Below, one piece after another: positions 59,306 through 64,000 of a stretch of DNA of 64,000 bases. The number at the start of each line of letters is the position of its first letter. Position 1 is the stretch's first letter. Source of the stretch: an uncultured Acidobacteriota bacterium (GTDB lineage Bacteria; Acidobacteriota; Terriglobia; Acidiferrales; UBA7541); contig OY970264.1 in the NCBI GenBank assembly GCA_963715685.1, positions 2,516,071 to 2,580,070 on the forward strand, read 5' to 3'. The translations under genes and the position numbers were made by a program. The notes beneath the pieces were generated by a model that worked only from the letters and a program-made list of their open reading frames with translations, was not told the origin of the DNA and ran no database searches.

Positions 59306-60819
59306 CGCGCATTCAAATCGACGGCGAGCATCTGTCGATCGAGGACCTCTGGCGCATTGTTTTCAATGGAGCCGAGGCCGAGATTGCGCCGTCGGCGCGC
59401 GAGCGGATGAATGCTTCGCGGGCGGTAATCGAGCGACTGATCGAAACAGACGCGCCCGTGTACGGCGTGAACACCGGCTTCGGCAAGATGGCCACAACGC
59501 GAATCTCTCACGACGAAATTCGCCACCTGCAATTGAATCTGGTGCGCAGCCATTCGTGTGGTGTAGGCGAGCCGCTTAGCGAATCCGCAACCCGCGCGAT
59601 GATGGCGCTGCGTGCCAACGCCATCGCCAAGGGCTTTTCCGGCGTGCGCCCGGTCGTCGCCGAGACGCTCATCGCGATGCTCAATCGCGGCGTGCATCCC
59701 GTGATCCCGTCGCAAGGCAGCGTGGGAGCGTCGGGCGACCTTGCGCCGCTCGCGCATCTCGCGCAGGTTGCCATTGGCGAAGGCGAGGCCGTCTTTCAGG
59801 GTCGGAGACTCGCCGGCGCCGAAGCGATGCGCGCTGCCGGAGTCGCGCCGCTTGCGCTCCAAGCAAAAGAAGGCCTCGCGCTGCTCAACGGCACGCAGGC
59901 AATGCTCGCGCTCCTGGCGCTGGCCTTGCGCGAAGCGGAGATCGCCGTCGACACCGCCGATGTCGCAACAGCGCTCTCGCTCGATGCGTTGCGTGGAAGC
60001 CCCACGGCGTTCGACGCCCGCATTGCTCAAGCGCGTCCGCACGCCGGACAGGCCATCACCGCGCGCAACATCGAGCGACTGAATCGCGGCAGCGAGATCC
60101 GCGAGTCGCACCGGTCGCCCGAGAGAGACGCGCGCGTGCAGGACCCGTACAGCCTGCGCTGCGCTCCGCAGGTACACGGCGCCGTACGCGATGCGCTCGC
60201 GAGAGTCCGCGCGACGGTCGAGATCGAATTGAACAGCGCCACCGACAACCCTCTGGTCTTCGCCGACTCGGGCGAAGTGATCAGCGGGGGCAACTTTCAC
60301 GGCCAGCCGCTCGCGATGGCAGCCGATCAAATGGCCGTCGCGCTCGCGACGCTGGGCGGAATTTCCGAACGCCGCATCGAGCAGATGACCAATCCGCAGA
60401 CGAGTATGTTGCCCGCTTTTCTGGTCCGCGAGGCCGGCCTCAATTCCGGCTTCATGATCCTGCAGGTCACGGCCGCGGCGCTCGCCAGCGAGATGAAGGC
60501 GCTCGCGGCTCCGCACTCCGTCGATTCGATTCCGACTTCGGCGAATCAGGAAGATTACGTTTCAATGGGAATGGGCGCTGCGCGGCGGCTCGAACCGATG
60601 CTTGGAAACGTGCGGAACATCCTCGCGATCGAATTGCTCGCCGCTTGCCAGGGAATCGATTTTCTTGCGCCGCTGCGACCGGGGTCGGAAACGCGCAAAG
60701 CGTACGACATCGTGCGCTCGACATCGAAGCGTGTCGATGCAGACCGCTCGCTCGCCCCCGATATCGAGGCATTGTCGCGCGCGGTGGCACAGGGTTCCTT
60801 CGCAAAGATTCTTCGTTAG
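59302..60819 (+). CDS. hutH: histidine ammonia-lyase
   Basis: MIO-forming triad in GSVGASGDLAPLAH, plus YGVNTGFG and LQLNLVRSHSCGVG (the Ser-His pair typical of HAL). The TTG start overlaps the upstream TGA. Confidence 0.88.
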   Translation: MTRIQIDGEHLSIEDLWRIVFNGAEAEIAPSARERMNASRAVIERLIETDAPVYGVNTGFGKMATTRISHDEIRHLQLNLVRSHSCGVGEPLSESATRAMMALRANAIAKGFSGVRPVVAETLIAMLNRGVHPVIPSQGSVGASGDLAPLAHLAQVAIGEGEAVFQGRRLAGAEAMRAAGVAPLALQAKEGLALLNGTQAMLALLALALREAEIAVDTADVATALSLDALRGSPTAFDARIAQARPHAGQAITARNIERLNRGSEIRESHRSPERDARVQDPYSLRCAPQVHGAVRDALARVRATVEIELNSATDNPLVFADSGEVISGGNFHGQPLAMAADQMAVALATLGGISERRIEQMTNPQTSMLPAFLVREAGLNSGFMILQVTAAALASEMKALAAPHSVDSIPTSANQEDYVSMGMGAARRLEPMLGNVRNILAIELLAACQGIDFLAPLRPGSETRKAYDIVRSTSKRVDADRSLAPDIEALSRAVAQGSFAKILR

Positions 60820-60829
60820 CCGACCATTA

Positions 60830-61873
60830 CTACCTCAGTGAGCGTTGAAGAAATTTGCCAAAGCGCAAGCCCGCAGCGTAGCTGAACGGCGCCACGCCCA
60901 TCGAGTAATGCCCGCACGGCAGCGACAAGCTTTCGAATTCGACTCTTTCGTCGCGCAATGTTTTCAATAGGTCGTCGGTGAATTCCGGCCAGAACGTTGG
61001 GTCGTAGCGCCCGGTGATCAGCAGGATTTTCTTGCCCGCGCCGGTCATCTTCCCAATGTAAGGAAACGGGCTGATAGGCGACCAGAAATGCCGCAGGTCA
61101 TCGTGCGAGACTCCGGCCGCCTCCATCGGCTCCCAGACGTTCTTCGTCGTCAGGCCGTGGCTGACGACTTCGCCGAAATAGGTCGAGGCGTGCACGAACG
61201 CGCCCGCGCGAAGCGCCGGCTCGTGACACATGGTGATGAAGCCGATTGCCGACCCGATGCTCGTCCCAAGGACTCCGAGGGGGCCGTAGCCTTCCCGTTC
61301 GAGCCAGCGCAACGTGCGGCGCACGTCGAGCACGGCCTGCCGGCCTGCCTGCATCGTGAGGCCGATGTTTGGTCCGACGAGGTGATCCGCGCGCGGATGA
61401 TTGGGAATGGCGCGGCGGTCGTGATACGGCAGGCTTATCTTGATCGCGGTCATGCCGAGCCGGTTGAGCCAGCGGCAGACGTTGTGCTGCTCTTCCCAAC
61501 GGGAATTCCACTGCGCGAGCACGACGACCGCCGGCCCACTCGCCGATTTCCCGTTTCGCCGCGCGCCGGGCCCGGGGAAAAGATGCGCGTGGACGCGGTT
61601 GTTTTCGCTCCAAGATGAAGCGACGGCGCTTGTAAAAGTGAGGACATTCTCCGCAAGTGCGTAATCGTTCGCGGGAGAGACGGCATACCACTCATCGCTA
61701 CGCGCGAGAGCGTCTTCGATGTAGCGGTCGAGAAAGGCGCGGGGATTCGGCTCGTGTGCGTCGCCGCCGATGTGTTCGAGTCCCCAACCGAATGGCAGCG
61801 TGCGCCGCCTCGGCTCCTGATCGAAGCGCATCTGCTCGTAGCGGTGGAATTTCCGTGCGATCCAAGAGGGCAT
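60830..61873 (-). CDS. alpha/beta hydrolase fold protein
   Basis: Nucleophile elbow GVLGTSIGS and overall size and pattern fit an abhydrolase. Substrate unknown. Confidence 0.6.
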   Translation of the reverse strand: MPSWIARKFHRYEQMRFDQEPRRRTLPFGWGLEHIGGDAHEPNPRAFLDRYIEDALARSDEWYAVSPANDYALAENVLTFTSAVASSWSENNRVHAHLFPGPGARRNGKSASGPAVVVLAQWNSRWEEQHNVCRWLNRLGMTAIKISLPYHDRRAIPNHPRADHLVGPNIGLTMQAGRQAVLDVRRTLRWLEREGYGPLGVLGTSIGSAIGFITMCHEPALRAGAFVHASTYFGEVVSHGLTTKNVWEPMEAAGVSHDDLRHFWSPISPFPYIGKMTGAGKKILLITGRYDPTFWPEFTDDLLKTLRDERVEFESLSLPCGHYSMGVAPFSYAAGLRFGKFLQRSLR

Positions 61874-61955
61874 TGGGCCTGTGAATAAATATACCGCAGG
61901 GACGATCCGAATCGGATGGTCATCTCATTCGCGCTGAGGCCGAAATGCCGCGGCA

Positions 61956-62456
61956 TTAGGCGCGGGCCAAGCGGCGAAGATTAGCGCCAGTGAGGCGGGT
62001 GAGGACCCAGGTTTTGTCCGGACGCGCGCCGAGGCGGCGGTAAAACTTGATCGCCGGGGCGTTCCAATCGAGGACGATCCACTCCATTTGCTCGCAGCCT
62101 TTTCGGACGGCGGCGCGCGCGAGGGCGGTCATGAGGGCTTTGCCAGCGCCCTTGCCGCGCTCCCCCGGCAGCACAAAGATGTCCTCGATAAAGAGCACAG
62201 GGGTGCAGCCAAAGGTCGAATACGCGAAGTAGTAGACTGCATAGCCGATCGGGCGGCCGCCGCGCGTGCAGATCAGCGTCTCGAAAAAGCGGCGGCGCCC
62301 GAAGCCGTCGCGGCGCAATCGCTTCGCATTGGTCTTGGTGTATCGCGTTAGCCGCTCGTATTTTGCGAGCGCGCGGATCAGCGAAACGATTGCCGGGATA
62401 TCTCGCACCGTGCCCGGACGAATTCGCAGTGGCGCGATCTTCGCAGGTTTCCTCAT
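61956..62456 (-). CDS. GNAT family N-acetyltransferase
   Basis: Acetyl-CoA motif FVLPGERGKGAGKALMTAL. The start was chosen at MRKPAKI. The 14-bp palindrome AATGCCGCGGCATT (61944-61957) overlaps the stop codon. Confidence 0.85.
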   Translation of the reverse strand: MRKPAKIAPLRIRPGTVRDIPAIVSLIRALAKYERLTRYTKTNAKRLRRDGFGRRRFFETLICTRGGRPIGYAVYYFAYSTFGCTPVLFIEDIFVLPGERGKGAGKALMTALARAAVRKGCEQMEWIVLDWNAPAIKFYRRLGARPDKTWVLTRLTGANLRRLARA

Positions 62457-62574
62457 AATGCCTCCCATATTGCTGCATAGCCGTTAGCGGCATGACAGCC
62501 GGCAAGTATAGGACAGGAGGCAGACACGAGCATCAGTCCACCCGGACGGCGCGATGCGTTAGCACTCGGACACG

Positions 62575-63471
62575 ATGGCGGGGGTGCGGCTTGAGAGGCG
62601 TCCACCGATATGGCAAATTCGAGTTGTGATCCCCCCGGCGCTTATCGGCGTGTTTGTGTTCTGTTTCGGACTGATCATCGGCAGCTTCCTGAACGTCTGC
62701 ATCCTCCGCATTCCAGAGCGGAAGTCGATCGTGATGCCTGCGTCCGCGTGCCCAAAGTGCGGCGCGCCGATCCGTCCGTACGACAACATTCCGGTGATTA
62801 GCTGGGTGCTGCTAGGGGGAAAGTGCCGCTCCTGCAAGACGAGGATTTCGGCAATGTACCCGGCGGTGGAACTGCTGACGGGGATACTGTTTTGGGTGTG
62901 CTATTGGGCTTTCGGCCTGACTACGGAGACGCTGAAGTGGGCGGCGTTTTCGGCCCTGCTCGTGGTGCTCGTGTTTACGGACCTGCGCGAGCGCATCCTA
63001 CCGGACGTGGTGAACTTCACGGGATTCGGGATCGGGCTGGCGCTGAGCTTCGTGACGAAGCCGACTGACGGCACCGCGCTCTGGATTGCGAACCACCTGT
63101 TCGACTTCCCTCCCCCGGCGCCGATCTTGTCATTTGCAGACGCGCTGATAGGCGCAGCGATCGGAAGTGGGCTGCTGTGGCTTGTCTCGGAAGCGTACTT
63201 CCGCTTGCGCGGGCGCGAAGGCATGGGCCTCGGCGACGTCAAGATGATGCTGATGGCAGGCGCGTTTCTGGGAGCCAAGCGAACGCTGCTCACGATCCTC
63301 GGGGGATCGCTGCTCGGGAGCGTGCTGGGCCTGATTTTTATTTTCGCGCGGCGCAAGGAATCGAACTACGAATTGCCATTCGGCTCGTTCCTCGGAATGG
63401 CAGCGCTGCTGGTAGTTTTTTTCGGCACGCCGCTGGTGAACTGGTACCAATCGATGCTCATGGTGCGATGA
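62575..63471 (+). CDS. pilD: prepilin peptidase (A24 family, PilD-like)
   Basis: Carries GSFLNVCILRIP, zinc-binding CPKCG...CRSCK, MYPAVELLTG, and the catalytic Asp regions (VFTDLRE, GLGDVKMM). Confidence 0.9.
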   Translation: MAGVRLERRPPIWQIRVVIPPALIGVFVFCFGLIIGSFLNVCILRIPERKSIVMPASACPKCGAPIRPYDNIPVISWVLLGGKCRSCKTRISAMYPAVELLTGILFWVCYWAFGLTTETLKWAAFSALLVVLVFTDLRERILPDVVNFTGFGIGLALSFVTKPTDGTALWIANHLFDFPPPAPILSFADALIGAAIGSGLLWLVSEAYFRLRGREGMGLGDVKMMLMAGAFLGAKRTLLTILGGSLLGSVLGLIFIFARRKESNYELPFGSFLGMAALLVVFFGTPLVNWYQSMLMVR

Positions 63472-63493
63472 TGATCGCAGGAGAAGATTTCGA

Positions 63494-64000
63494 ATGAACG
63501 CGGCGCTGCCCATGCCCCACGCGCCGGTTCCGCCAGCGGCGATCGCCTACGCGATCGTGGGGTTCGGACTCCTGCTCGGCGCGATCCTGGCGCTCGTGAT
63601 GATGGCGCGAAAGTTCGTCCACACGGACGCGCCCAAACCAAAAGACGACTGGGCGGCGACAAAGCCCACCACCGACAACGCTTCCGCTTTCATGGCCGCT
63701 TCGATGCAAGGCGTGATCGAGAAGCTACGCGCGCAGGAAAAGGAACTGGCGCGGCTGCACATGCTGGCGCAGGAGCGCGCGCAGGAATCGGAGCGCCTGA
63801 CCGAGGAAGTAACCCGCCACATGCCGACTGGAATGCTGCTCGTCAACGCGACGGGCGCGATCAGCTCCACGAATCCCGCGGCGGAAGACGCGCTCGGCCT
63901 GCGGCCAATGCGCTACCGCTCGTACAAGGAAATCCTTGGAGACGATTCTGGTCTCGCGCAGATGCTGACGGCATGCCTACGCGACGGGAAAACCTTTCAG
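63494..64000 (+). CDS. membrane-anchored sensor protein N-terminus (probable PAS histidine kinase); the 3' end lies outside the window
   Basis: ATG 63494 is preceded by CAGGAGAAG. It has a TM helix (IAYAIVGFGLLLGAILALVMM), a coiled-coil segment and the start of a PAS-like segment (MPTGMLLVNATGAISSTNPAAEDALG). The frame is open to the window end. Confidence 0.5.
   Translation, partial: MNAALPMPHAPVPPAAIAYAIVGFGLLLGAILALVMMARKFVHTDAPKPKDDWAATKPTTDNASAFMAASMQGVIEKLRAQEKELARLHMLAQERAQESERLTEEVTRHMPTGMLLVNATGAISSTNPAAEDALGLRPMRYRSYKEILGDDSGLAQMLTACLRDGKTFQ

Noticed and set aside
59302-60819. Tyrosine or phenylalanine ammonia-lyase feeding a phenylpropanoid or 4-hydroxybenzoate-like pathway (with the O-methyltransferase, hydratase and 4HBT thioesterase upstream)
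   Set aside because: The substrate-selectivity position reads Ser-His (LVRSHSCGVG), as in histidine ammonia-lyases, not His-Leu or Phe-Leu. No CoA ligase is present.

Overview
High-GC bacterial chromosomal segment. It looks acidobacterial, based on tandem VWFA-type exported proteins, TonB, TPR and CarboxypepD_reg-like exported proteins. I found about 60 protein genes, mostly core metabolism and maintenance. These include Kdo/LPS precursor genes (kdsA-kdsD-kdsC, and kdsB further on), pyrG, uvrA and uvrC, mnmA with a cysteine desulfurase, xseB-ispA-tlyA-nadK, hpt and fhs. There is also a B12-dependent acyl-CoA mutase cluster with leucine-catabolism-like genes (carboxyltransferase, HMG-CoA lyase, enoyl-CoA hydratase), hutH, and a prepilin peptidase. 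I saw no rRNA, tRNA, CRISPR array, transposase, integrase or obvious defence island. The most noteworthy observations are listed here. (1) Five single-base frame breaks hit otherwise well-conserved genes (pyrG, mutase large and small subunits, carboxyltransferase twice); they look more like indel errors than true pseudogenes. (2) An uncharacterised, translationally coupled four-gene cassette lies directly behind uvrA, and uvrC follows 6.4 kb downstream. It encodes an exported TPR protein, two exported helical proteins and a cytoplasmic HExxH SprT/DUF45-like protein. (3) Three copies of a dispersed, hairpin-rich intergenic repeat are present. (4) An AT-rich 270-nt gap holds a minus-strand intrinsic terminator with no gene to terminate, which is a possible sRNA. 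(5) The mutase carries the Phe/Gln active-site signature of isobutyryl-CoA-type mutases rather than methylmalonyl-CoA mutase. (6) The formate-THF ligase is a long, eukaryote-like form with a structured leader. (7) A CGATTAGAA repeat cluster sits in the desulfurase/cytochrome c intergenic region. No candidate reaches the level of a clearly new system from sequence alone. All family assignments come from motif recognition by eye, not from database searches.
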